From Felis catus (taxonomy: Eukaryota), in assembly GCF_018350175.1 (NCBI RefSeq), contig NC_058382.1, forward strand, positions 60,638,001 to 60,698,000: DNA of 60,000 nt. The letters are read 5' to 3'. Below, in pieces: positions 32,501-44,500 of the stretch. Each line of letters starts with the position of its first letter. Positions within the stretch are counted from its first letter, which is position 1. The position numbers and the translations under genes are program-made. Below the pieces are notes generated by a model. It made no database searches. It was not told the DNA's origin and saw nothing but the letters and a program-made list of their open reading frames with translations.

Positions 32501-35500
32501 TGAAGGTGCGCAGCCAGTCCGTCAGCCCGTCCACCAGCGCCTGTCCCAGCACCCACAGAAACTGCACGGCGCTCAGCACCCGCTGCATCACGTGGCTGTG
32601 GCCTGCGGCGGGGGCAGGGGAGAGGGGCGCTGCAGAGGCTGCCGGTGGGAGGCCCCCGGCCCCCCGCCCCCCGGTCTCTGGGCGCGTGCACGCACCAGCC
32701 GCCTCTTGGTCTGGGCCCTCCGCCGGCTCCGCCTCTGCGCCCGGGCCGCCTCCTGGGCACAGGGGTGTGTGCTGGTCAGCGCCTTGCGGTCCGGTGGCCC
32801 CCGGTGCCCGCCCCGCGCGCCCCAGACTCACCCGCGGGCGGCTGCCCTGCCTGCTCCTGCCTCGCCTGCTCCTCCCGCTGCCTCCTCAGCACCGTCTGCG
32901 CGTTGGTCACCCATGCCTGGTACGCCAGCTGTGGGCCGGGTCCTCGGGGTCAGCACCCCGCCTCCCGGGACGGGGTCCCGCTCAGCCCACCTCGGAGCTC
33001 CCGGGGAGCTTGGGACCAGGCCGGGCTGGGGGCCTTCGGCTAGCTCCCTGCTTCAGGGTGGGTGGGAAGCGGGTCCCGTGGGGCTGTGCCGTGGGGGCAG
33101 GGCACGTGGCCACACCCTGCACGCGTGGTTGGCATTCGGTGCCAGGGCCACTTCCTGCAAACTGAGGACCCAGGGGTAGGCGAGGGACCCCACCGTTTTC
33201 CAGCAAACACGCACAACCCTTCTCAAGTCCTGGACGCTCAGCGGCGACGTCAGGAGACCGTGGACGGAGGCCCTCGGAGCCGCCGCCTGTGACCTGTGCG
33301 CCCCACGGCCTGTGTGTGCCTCTGACCTGTGGGCTCTGGAGGTCTGAACGGATCTGGGCAGGCTGGCTAGAGAGGCTCTCTCCTCCCCCCGCGCCCCACG
33401 GACAGGGGAAGGCAGGCAGGCGACCCTCCCACCTCACCTGGAAAGCGCTCTGTGCCGAAGGCCTGGGGTCCTCAGGTGGGGTCTCCTCCTCCTCCTCACT
33501 GTCAGACTCGAACAGGAAGTAGTCCCCCGAGTGGATAACTGCAGGCAGGTGGGGCTGAGAACTGTCCTCCCCAACAGGGGCTCAGGCTCCACACCCCCCT
33601 CCCCGAGACTCAAGTCCTCTTTAGTGCCAGACGGGTCCAGGAATGCGCCGGGCCGTGGCACCCAGCATGGGTTCCCTCGGCCTCCCACCATCCCGGGGGA
33701 CAGCCACGGGAGCTGGAGGCTGGGGCCAGGCCAGAGCAGTGACAGGACACGGACAGGACAGGAAGAACACGAGGGCGGGCGTCAGCATGAACACTCAGAC
33801 TCGTGAGAGTCTGAGCAACAGGGGAGCACAAAGCCTGCGTGGGGACCTGGCTGAACCGAGGCCCAGCCTGTTATTACTGCGTGGCGGGGTGGGGCCGGAG
33901 GGCCGGCTGACAGGGCACAGGGGGAAAGGCCGGGGTGCACGGCCACAGGTGGGCGCACAGCAGCTGAGAGAGGAGGGGCCCGGGCACAGTGGGCCCAAGG
34001 AGGTGGTACCTGTGGCGTGGTCCAGCCAGGGCCGCCACCACTGCCTCCGTGGCGGGGACGAGCCCCGTGGACTGCCAGGCCCTGTGGAGGGGCGAGGCGA
34101 GCGTGAGCCGGCGGGGCGAGGCGCGGGGAGGGCGTGGGCAGCGCCCCCCGACAGAGGGGGCCTCGCGGTGCCGTGGGGAGCAGAGGACAGTCCACGAGTG
34201 CAGGCGGACGGCGGCAGGCTGGCCCGCGGCCCACAGGGACGCGGTGAGCACGTGGCACAGGACAGACGGGCGCACACGGCACAAACCAGACAGGAGCGGG
34301 CGCCAGCAGTGTGGACGCCGGGACCCCGGGGCCCTGTGAGCCCCTCACACTCACCCGGCTCCTGGGGGGGGCCCTGGGGCTCCTGGGGGCGGCTGCGGCC
34401 GGCCCGGCTCTGCCTGTGCTTCTCCTGTTTGGCGCGGATGCGCTCCATCCTGGGGGGCGGGGGCGGCTCTGAGCACCGAGCTGGGCGGGAGAGCCCGGGG
34501 CCCCCCACCCAGACGGCACCTACTGTCTCTTCAGCTGGGCCAGGGACTTCTCCTCCGCCTTGCGATGGAGCTCGATGCTCTTGAGGTTGGCCGCGTTGTA
34601 CAGCGCGAAGCCCCTGCGGGGAGGCGGCGTCACCCTGGCACCCCAGGGGCGTGGCTCCCCGACCTGTGGCCTGGGCCCAGCCTCCACCCAGGTCCCTCCA
34701 GCTCCACAGCCCCCCTTGTCCCCTTGTCGTGAGCTGGGATGAGGGAGAGGGCCCCCTCCTGCTGCCTCCTGACTCTCAGCGGGGGGGCGGGGGGGGGGGG
34801 CGGGAAGCAAGCCACCGAAGAGGCGTCCGTGGGGGACAGGAGACGCCCGGCTCGACAGCCCAGGCCGGGAGGCCGCCCAGCGGCTGTGCGCCCTCGGGCC
34901 AGCGTGGGGGCAAAAACGGGCCGAACTGCCGGCCAGGGGCAGAGCTGGGGTGGGTCAGGCCCTCTGAAGTTGCCCGAGTGACACGTTAACGTGGCGGGGC
35001 GGTGCCGCACAACCCGGGGGGCCCGAGGTGGGGCCTGACCTGGAGGCCTGCAAGGCGGTGGCCTGGAGCTCCGCACTGACGTGCAGGAAGTAGCGGCTGA
35101 GGAACACGCGGCGCTGGAGCAGCAGGAACAGGAAGCACACGCTGTCCCAGAGCACGCCGGCCTCCTCCACGGGCAGCAGGCAGTCCCGGTCCCGGCTCAG
35201 CATCTCCTTGGCTGCGGTGCGCGGCAGGGTCAGGGTCAGGGGGCGGAACCCCGGAAGCGGTGCGTGTCTCCGAGCCCCACCCACAGCTCGTCCCCCGCTC
35301 ACTCACGGTCATAGTAGCCTTTGACGGTGCACACGAGGCTGAAGAGCTGGATGACCCAGCAGAAGCTGCTCTGCATTTGCTCCACGAACACGCAGGACAG
35401 GAGCTGGGGCAGGAAGGGGGGTCAGGGTCAGCCTGGGCCCGGGGAGGGGGGAGGGCGGGGGGGGGGGCGGGGAAAGGCCGGCCGGGCGAACCGAAAGCAT

Positions 35501-38500
35501 GTTCTTGGAGATGATGACGGTGACGTTGTACAGAATGAGGCAGTCCCACAGCAGGAGGCGGGCACGCGTGTGCTTCTGCAACAGGCTGGTGCCGAAGAGC
35601 AGCAGGTAGAAGCAGGCCAGCAGGTAGCCCAGCCCGAAGATACTGATGCGGGTGGCTCCCGTGACGAACACCACCACCAGCACCAGCCAGAAGAGGTAGC
35701 GGAAGACGGCCACCTTCAGCATGTCGAGGTAGGACCTGCCAGACGGGGGCGTCACCGCGGGGCCCGGGCGGCCCCACCTCCTCCCGGCAGCCTCGGCCCA
35801 GGGGAGCCGGTGAGGCGCGCCCCCGCTGCCAGGTCGGCGCCCGCCCCTCGGCCGGGCAGAGGGGATCCCGCCGCCAGCGCCCGCCAGGCCTGCAGGCGCG
35901 CTGCCCGTGCGGCCCCCGCCCCAAGCGGGCCGCGGGCCGGCCGTGCCCGGGACGCACCTGCAGTAAATGAAGTTGGGCACGGGGTCGGGCTCGCCCTGCG
36001 GCACCTCCAGGCGGTCAGTGTTGGTGCCGGCCACGTGCTGCCACTCTTCCGTGCGCTCGGCTGCGAACACCTGCCACTGCTGGGAGGCGCACAGCAGCAG
36101 GAGGAAGTCACCTGCGGGCACACGGGAGTCGGCCGCTGCGCCAAGCCTCGGGGGGCCTCCAGCCATGCGGGGCGCGGCCCGCCCGGCACCGGTCCCGTCC
36201 TCGAGGCCGCAGAGGAGCGCCAGTGTGCTCCTGCGGGGGCCGCACCGGGCCAAGGGCCACAGCCGAGTGTGGGCAGCAGGAGACAGGCCCGCGCGTAGCT
36301 GTGCCTCACGCACGTCAGCAAGTGTGGCCGATGTGCACCCAACCACACACCACGTAGGCATCAGGAGGCATGCCCGCATCTATCCCTCCGTCCACCTGTG
36401 TCCCACCTGCCTCCACCCCTGCACCCACGCCTGCACGCACACGGCGAGCAGAGGCAGGTCTGCGTGGCTGCGTGTGCACAGAGTCGGACCTGGGGAAGTG
36501 GGCACCCCTGTGGGGACAGGTCCCTCTGGGGAACCACGGGACTGGCCGCCGGTGAGGCCCGGACACTGTGTCCCGCGCTGGCAGAGGCGGGCCTACGCCT
36601 GAGCGCCGCCTGTCCCCCCCCCCCCCCCCCCGGCAAAACCTCCCCGCCCTCTGGGGCCCGGCCGCAGGCGCTCACTGATGAGGTTGGTGGAGTTGGGGGT
36701 TCTGAAGAAGTCGGGCAGGTACAGCCACTTGATGAGCGCGGAGTTCATGGGGATGGCCTGGCTCCACCGCCACGGGTAGTCTGTGGGCGCAGGGTGCACG
36801 TCAGGACCCCGGTGTCCCGTCCCCGCCCACAGGCCTCATCCCTGCACCCGCCCACGTGTTCACACAGTCTCTTGGAGTGTCGGGAGCGAGATTCCAGCGT
36901 GTTCCTACCTATGCGTTTCTCAGGCACAGACGGGCCTGGGTCCAGGGGAAGAAGTGAACCCCAGCCCGGGAGTAACGGGCCTGCAGGGGCGGCGGACCCA
37001 GAGGGCCCAGAACGAGGCTCCCACACACACCTATCAGAACGGCCCAGACAAACTCAGTGACGACAGCGGTCCCGCGTGCATCACCGGCGGGAACGAACAC
37101 CGGAACCACACTGTGCGGTCAATTCCGCGAAGTGAGAACTACGCCCAGACACAGCCCTGCACCCTGACGCTCCTGGCCCCGCTACTCTAGAGAGCCCCAC
37201 GTGAGAAACCAGCTGCCTTCCAGGGGCCGGAGGGGAGATGGGCTCGTGCAGGGCACGGCCAGTCCTCAGCGGGCAGAGACGACCAGGAAGCACCACACCC
37301 AGCGCGTTCGCCAAGCAAAACAAGCCAGCCCCCGGTGACATGGGGTGTGGTCCTAGTTCAGCATCGGGACGGACATTGGGACTGCAAAGGGCCCCCAGGA
37401 CCGCAGGGTGGAGAATCCTGGGGGAGGGGGCCGGGAAAGCACTCTGTAGGGTGGGGACAGACTGGGGGTGGGAACAGCTAGGGTGGGGAGAGGATGGGGG
37501 GGGGAACAGGGAGAGGACGCTGGGGGCGGGGACTCCCAGGGTCAATGCGGTGCCCACACGGACCAGCGAGAAGAGGACGCCAGGCCTCGAGTGGAACCAA
37601 AAACAGCAGCGTCCAGAGCCCAGAAGGATATAAATTTGCAACTCAACCAATCAGCGGGACGGAAATCTTTACGGAAGATGTCCACCCATAACTCTGAGAC
37701 ACAGAAAGCCACCACTAGAAAACCGAGAGAAATTCCCGCAGCGGGACCCGCCGCGGAGGCTGCAGCTAGCCGGAAAGGTCCAGGAGAAACAGGCCGTGTG
37801 CCGAGTCTTGGGGGAGACACCCCACAGCCAGCCCTGCACCCGAGTGACAGAACGGCACCGGACAGGAGACACTGGCCCCGTGTGAGGCACAGAGACCCAC
37901 ACGTCCCAGCCGCCAGAGGGCCCTGTCACCCGGTCTCACAAGGACAGCAGACTACCCACAGGGTCACAGCCCAGCGCCCCACAAAAGTTCCAAGGTGCTG
38001 AAAGGCGAAGACGCGGGGAGCTGCCCGGCACCGACACACGGGCGCACGCACGGGGCCGCGGCCAGAGCCGCACCAGCGCGCACGCCTGAGCTCCCGCACC
38101 GGGTTGCGTCAGGCTCACATCAGGGAGCTACTTTTGCGAGTCTGCGTCCAAAGTCAGAAGCCAGCACACAAAACAGGCGACAAGGCGGGGACGAGGACGG
38201 TGAGAACCTGAAATGCGTTTGGTAACGCGCCCTGTGGTTGGTTTCCAAGACATTCTGGAAAAGCCAGTCAGGAGCGGTCAGGTCGGTGGTGGCCGCGCAG
38301 GGCAAGGATTTGGCCCACGGCCTCCCCCACCGTCACCACCCACACAACCACGGCTCAAGCCTCAGAGCGGCTTCAGGGGCTCCGGGGGCCAACTGGGAGC
38401 CGCCGTGGCAGTGGAAGACGTCCCGGGGCCCGCGGTCGGCCGAGGAACACGTGAGAGAAAGCCACGTGACCAGCGCGCCGGGATCAAGCGACAACATCGG

Positions 38501-41500
38501 TCCTACGGGTCCGCCCGCGGCGCACTCCGGAGCGGGCGGACGCGACACCACGTGGGCCGCAGACACGGAAGGGCCACGTGGACAAGTGCACTCCCAGGAC
38601 AGGACACAGCCACACCTGCCAAAGCAGGAACCGCCCGACAAGCGCGGCTTCGGCCCACCGGCCCCCCCTCCCGAAACCTCGCCCAGACCAGACGGCGCGA
38701 GAGCAGAGCACAGCCGAGGGCAGACGCGGGGTCCTGTATCGGACCCAAAAGCCACCAGGGCCACCCCCGGAGGATGAGGCCAAAGCCAGGCTTGTGTGGG
38801 AGGGACCGTGGAGCGTGGCCCCTGCCCCAGGTTGCGGGGTCTGGCTGCTCCCTGCTCTCTACCTCCACCTTTTCTGATCGTTCCAAATTTTTCAAAATAG
38901 AACGTTGGGGAAAGAAAGGGAACGGATGCAAAGCGTCGAGAGGGTGGCCAGCGCCCCCCCCCCCCCAGGGATGCTGCAGCCGTCAGGGTCCGTGGAAGGG
39001 GGCAGGGGAGGCCCTGGGCAGGGGGCGGGGGAAGCACCCTCGCAGCTTGCCCACGGCCGCCGGCTCACCGAGGCACAGGGCCGGGGGGATGCCCAGGCAG
39101 AGCAGGTACTGGTACAGGAAGAACAACGCCAGGAACAGACAGTAGTTGGGCCAGAGGCGGGCGATGGCTCCGCGGTGCCGGCGGGTAAGAATGGCCACCA
39201 GCCAGCAGCCGTGCAGGATGACCATGAAATTCATGCGCTGCCCAATCACGTTCACGGCCATCAGGAAGCAGATCTGGGGGCGGCAGGGACGGGGTGCACA
39301 GTGAGCTGCTGGGGGGACCTCCTGGGTCCCACCTCCAGCCGGGAAGGCTCAGAGCACAGTGGGGGCAGCGGCCCAAGTTCACCACGGCCCACACTGCTGT
39401 CGTGGAGGCAGGGAGAGCTGGACACGTGTCCGCTGTGTGGGGGCGGGGTGGGGGGGGCGGGCGGGAACCACATCTCAGGAGGTTCCAAGGCTCAGTGGAG
39501 ACTCTGACCCAGTCTCCAGTCAGGGTCCAGCCCCCGAGCTTACTCTCCCAGGACACGCCGACTGAGCCCGGGGGGCCCGGCCCTCAGAGGTGTGTGCTCT
39601 GCGCCCCCCCGGGTGGCCCCCGAGGGCCAGCAAGTTGCAGAGGCCCCGCAGAGAGGGACGCAGACCCTCAGCCCTGCCCAGGTAAGGGGTGAGGGCTGAC
39701 GCCGGGCCTCACCTCCAGCCCGAATTTGTAGAAAAAGAAGTTGACGAAGTACTTGAAGCAGCTGAGAAGATCTTGGTCCAGCCGCTGGCGGGTGCCGTCG
39801 GCACAGACGGCCTGGGCAGGCAGCGGGGCCGGCTGGTGCTGCCGACGGTGGTGCTCCTGGCGCCGGTAAACAATGGCCTCGAACACCAGCAGCAGCAGGA
39901 CCAGCAGGTGGTTCTGGGGAGGGGCACACGGTCAGGCCGCACCCCCCGCCCCGCGGCCCCCGGCCCCGCACTCACCTGGGGCAGGCCGCACCCCCCGCGG
40001 CCCCGCACTCACCTGGATGTAGCCCAGGTTCGGGAAGCCCTTCCGGACCCCAAACCAGTTGGCAGGGTCGACGGGTCCCCGGTACAGCAGGGACTGCTTG
40101 ATCTCCGTTTTCTGCAGGTTGGTGCTGTTGAGGAGGGGCTGGGGGAGGGGAGAATCAGCACCTGTTCCCACCTGGGAGCTGACACCCACCCCAGGGACCC
40201 ACCCCCCGCCCCAGCCACATCTCCGGACGGGGCCGGACCACACCCTCCCAGGACGCGTGTGGCCTTCAGCTCTGACCGACCTCGGTGGGGAAGGGGACGG
40301 GGACGGGGCGTCAGGGGACGAGGAGGCCACGGGCAGGGGCGAGGGGAGGGGAACAGAGAGGAGGGCTGGCGGGCTCCCCCACGCGGCCCAGCCGCCCACA
40401 CACCTCGGTGCAGTTGCTGGAGTATTCGTGCGGGCTGACGACCTTCAGCTGATACAGCATCTTGCACACGATGATGATACAGGTCCACACGGTGGACAGG
40501 CAGGAGGCCATGGGCCGGAAGCGGGGGTAGGGCAGGGCGAAGGCCCACAGCACGACCAGAAGCAGGTTCATCACCGACACCTGGAAGGCAGGGGGGCGGG
40601 GGGTGGGGGGCTGGGGCAGGCGGGCGGATGGAGCGGCACCTCCCCAGGGGCCCCGCGATCTGCCACCCAAGGGTCCCGGCCTCTAGGGGACCCCACTGCA
40701 GAAAAAGGAGACGCCCCTGTCCCTCCCTTACCTCCTTCAGGGCCACCCACACAGTGTACAGGGCCACCAGCTTGAGGACGTGCAGCTCCAGCAGGCGTCG
40801 CACCAACACCTGCACGCGGGTGAGGACCTCGGAGAAGCGGTCAGCCAGGTCCAGCAGCCGCTCGGCCACCAGGCCCCACTTGCTGGCGGCAGCTGTGGGA
40901 GAGGGGCCGTGAGGGCTCGGGGACCAGGGTCCCCGGGCCTGGGGCTCGCAGGGGTCTGGGTGAAGGGACCCCACGCCTGCCGGTCTGACTCACCTTCGGG
41001 GACCTGCACGGCCTGCTGGGGGCCGGCCTCGCTCAGTCCCTCCTCCCTGGCCACCTCCTCCTCCTCCTGCAGCAGCGGGGTCCCGCTGACCGCGTCCTGC
41101 CTAGGGTGGGCCCCAAGGCATCACTCCTCGCCCCAGACCCCGGGGCACGCCCTCCCCGGGACTGACAAAGGCCTCCCCTGGGGCCCGGCCGATGTGCTGC
41201 CCCCGTGACCCGAAGGCCGGAGGAACACCCGGCACCGCGGGCACGCCGTGTCCGAGGGGTCTGCTGAGGCCGTCGCCCTGCTCCGGGCCCTCCCGTCCGA
41301 ACCCAGCAGCCTCCGTCCCTTCCCGGGGGATGAGGCCCTTCCCTGTGCGGGTGTCTGTGTGTGTGTGTGTGTGGGGGGGGGTTCACGCTGCAGACCCCGG
41401 GCCCCCGGGAGCCCGCACCCGAGTCCGCACGCCCAGAGGCAGCGGAGGGAGAGGGGCCGGCCGTGGAGGGCGGGCGCACCTTCGAGCCCAGCGCGGGAGG

Positions 41501-44500
41501 TGGGCGCCGGGCGGGGGCGCGCGCCCCAGGTCGGTGAGCCGCATGAAGGGCTGGTGGAAATAATGCAGCTGCAGAATGCAGGCCAGCAGGAAGAAGCCGG
41601 GGACCAGGATGCTGGAGAAGAGCTCGGACACGCTGAACTGCTCCAGACCCAGGTCCGCCAGCCTGGCGCGAGGGGCGGCGGTCAGACGGGGCCGGGGAGG
41701 GCCCCACGCCGGGACGCACCCCCCGCCCGCCCGCCCGCCGACTCACTGCTCGTCCGTGAGGCCGGTCAGGTTGCGCCAGTAGGTGGGGAAGTCCTGGAAC
41801 TGGAAGGTGTAGACGGCGCTGAGCACCAGCATGGTGTAGGCTACCACGAGCCACCAGAACGCCTTGAGCAGCTTCCTCCACAGGCTGTAGTAGACCTGCC
41901 GGGCGGCGAGCGGTGAGGCCCGGCCTGGGGCACCCCCCGCCGCCCCCGCCCCTGCCCCCGCCCCCGCCCGCCCACTACCTGGAAGAGCGTGAGGCACAGC
42001 AGGAAGAGGAGCATGTACACGATCTTGTAGACGACGAGGCGGCCGGCAAAGCTGACCACGACGAACATGCCGGCGCACACGTAGATCCAGTACTTGGCGT
42101 ACAGGCCCGTGACCAGCTCGCCCAGGCTCCGGAGCAGCGTCCGTGTCCGCGTGGGCTCTGCGGGCCGGGCCGGGGGTGGGGGGGCAGCCGGGGCATGGCT
42201 TCGGGGCCGGGCGGGGGGGCACCGTTCCCTGACCGCCCCCCGCCCCTCACCTCGGCGGGCCGCGGCGACCCCCGCGGCGACCCCCGGCCGGCCCCTCACC
42301 TGGGTCGGCCACGGCGACCCCCAGCAGGCCGGCAGCGCTCTTGGCCTTCCTTAGCAGCTTCTCCTTCACGAACTGGCGCAGCAGGAGCCAGAAGGTCAGG
42401 TTGTACAGCAGCTGGGCGGGGCGGGGCGGGGCGGGGCGGGGGCGTCACCAAGGGCCGGAGGCCCGGCGCCCCGCCCGCAGCCAAGGGCCGGCCTGCGAAG
42501 ACCCGGGCCCAGGGGATAGCCCCTTGGTGCCGGTGCCCGCCTCCCCGGGGACACAGTCGGACCCTGTCGCGTATGGGCGTGGACGCGGGCGCGCGTACTC
42601 AAGCCCGCGTGACCTCACGCCTACGTGCGCGCGCACACAGCTCCCGGGACGACATACGACCCAGCACAGACGTCCAGACCCGGCGACACTCTGGCGTGCG
42701 GGACGCAGACGGGGCACCCGGGGCCAGACGCCGGGGGGACGTGTGACATTAGGGGAACCTGCGTCACGGACCCAGGGACGGCGCCCCCGACGACACAGGG
42801 TCATTGTTCGTCCCCCCGACACTTGTTCGGTCACCGCTCTGGACCGGCCCGAGGGGACCCCGTGCTGACAGCCGGACAGCGGACTCCGCGCCGTCACGGG
42901 TGCTCGGGCGGGAAGCGCAGGCCCCGCGCGCACTCACCATGGCACCAAGGTCCAGGCAAGGGTAGCGGGTGTGCTCCAGCCCCAGCTGACGCAGGCTGAC
43001 GGGGCCCAGGGTGGTGGGCAGCTCGGGACGCAGGTCCATGGCCCACACGTAGCGGAGCCCGCACAGCGCCAGCCCGTAGAGCAGGATGAAGGGGGAACAG
43101 AGCATGGCCAGCTGGTGACGACTGCGCACCGTCCAGATGAGGCAGGCCCAGAGCAGCAGCACGAAGGTCAGCCAGCTGTGGTAGGTGATACTCCACACCT
43201 GGACGGCGGGGCCGGGGGGCCGGGGGGCCAGGGGGCCGGTGGGCCGGGGGCACGCACCCAGCCCACTCGCTCGCCCGCCGGCCCGGGGACGGGGCGCGCA
43301 CACGGCACAGGGCACACATTCCCACCCGCTACCCATATGCACGCTCACGCACGCACCCATGGCGTGGCTCCGGGCCCAGCAGGCCACGGCTCCGTTTCTG
43401 GCAACAAGGCACCAGGTTCTGCGGAACTCAGGCCGCCATCCGCCCCCCCAGAACATCACGAGGGAACCAGCAGCAAGGGCCCCCCGGACGGGCCTGCCCA
43501 GGCCAGCCGCTCCTTACCATCATGGCGATGAGGGCACACACGTAGCTCTGGTCCATGATGAGATGGCCCAGACCGTGCAGGGGAGACACGTCTCTAGGCT
43601 CCGACAGCCTGGGGTGCACTGAGGGTGGGGGTCAGAGGTCACCAGAGGGCCAGACCCCAGCCGGGGCAGTTCCAACATCAACGGGCCGGAGCCCCTCACC
43701 CACAGGAGACTCTGCCCAATAATTCTGCCGGTGGCCAGCGGGGGCAGAAAACGCCGGCAAAGGACCGGGCTCCCGACTGACACTGTCCCCGGCGTGTCGC
43801 GGGACCCGGGGCAGTCCTCACCCCACTCCACATCTTGGTTTCCAAGACTGTGAAAGGACGGGTCGGACAAAATGGCCCCGACTCCCATCCGGCTCTGTGC
43901 GCAGGGCAAGTCCCCGGGGAGCCAGCTGTGGAGGCCGGCGATTTCGCCTCTTGCTTCGCGCAAAATGGAAATCGAGCCTCAGGAGACAGAGAAAAGCGCC
44001 CCGCCCTCCCCACGGGGCCGCTGTGGACACGGCTCTAAGGCACATCCACCCAGGAGGCGGCTGGCCGCCTGGACCGCAGGGCCAGCCCATGGGGCGCAGT
44101 CCAGCCCTCTGGGAACCGGGAGGCAAGTGGGGAGGGGGTGGGACACCAGGAGGTCCGGCAAGGTCTCAGGCAGTGGCCCGACCCCACATCCTGGCCCTGG
44201 GGGGGGGGGGGGGGGGGCCAGACGGCACTGCTGGAGAGGTCAGCAGGGCAAGACCACCCGGCGGCCACCAGGGGGCAGCACCAGCGTGCCTGTGGCAGGT
44301 GGCGTCCCCGGGCAGCCACGGGCAGCGTGGCACTCACGGGGGCGCTGCCGGACGGGGCTGTGGCCGGTCAGGTCGTGCACGGTGCAGCTGTCGGTCTCCC
44401 AGTCTGGTCCCGTGGTCGTGGGCGGCACGCGCTGCAGAGGCAAGCCGAGCCCCGGTGAGCCGAGCCCGGGGGGCGGGCAGGCTCCGGCGCCACGGCTGGG

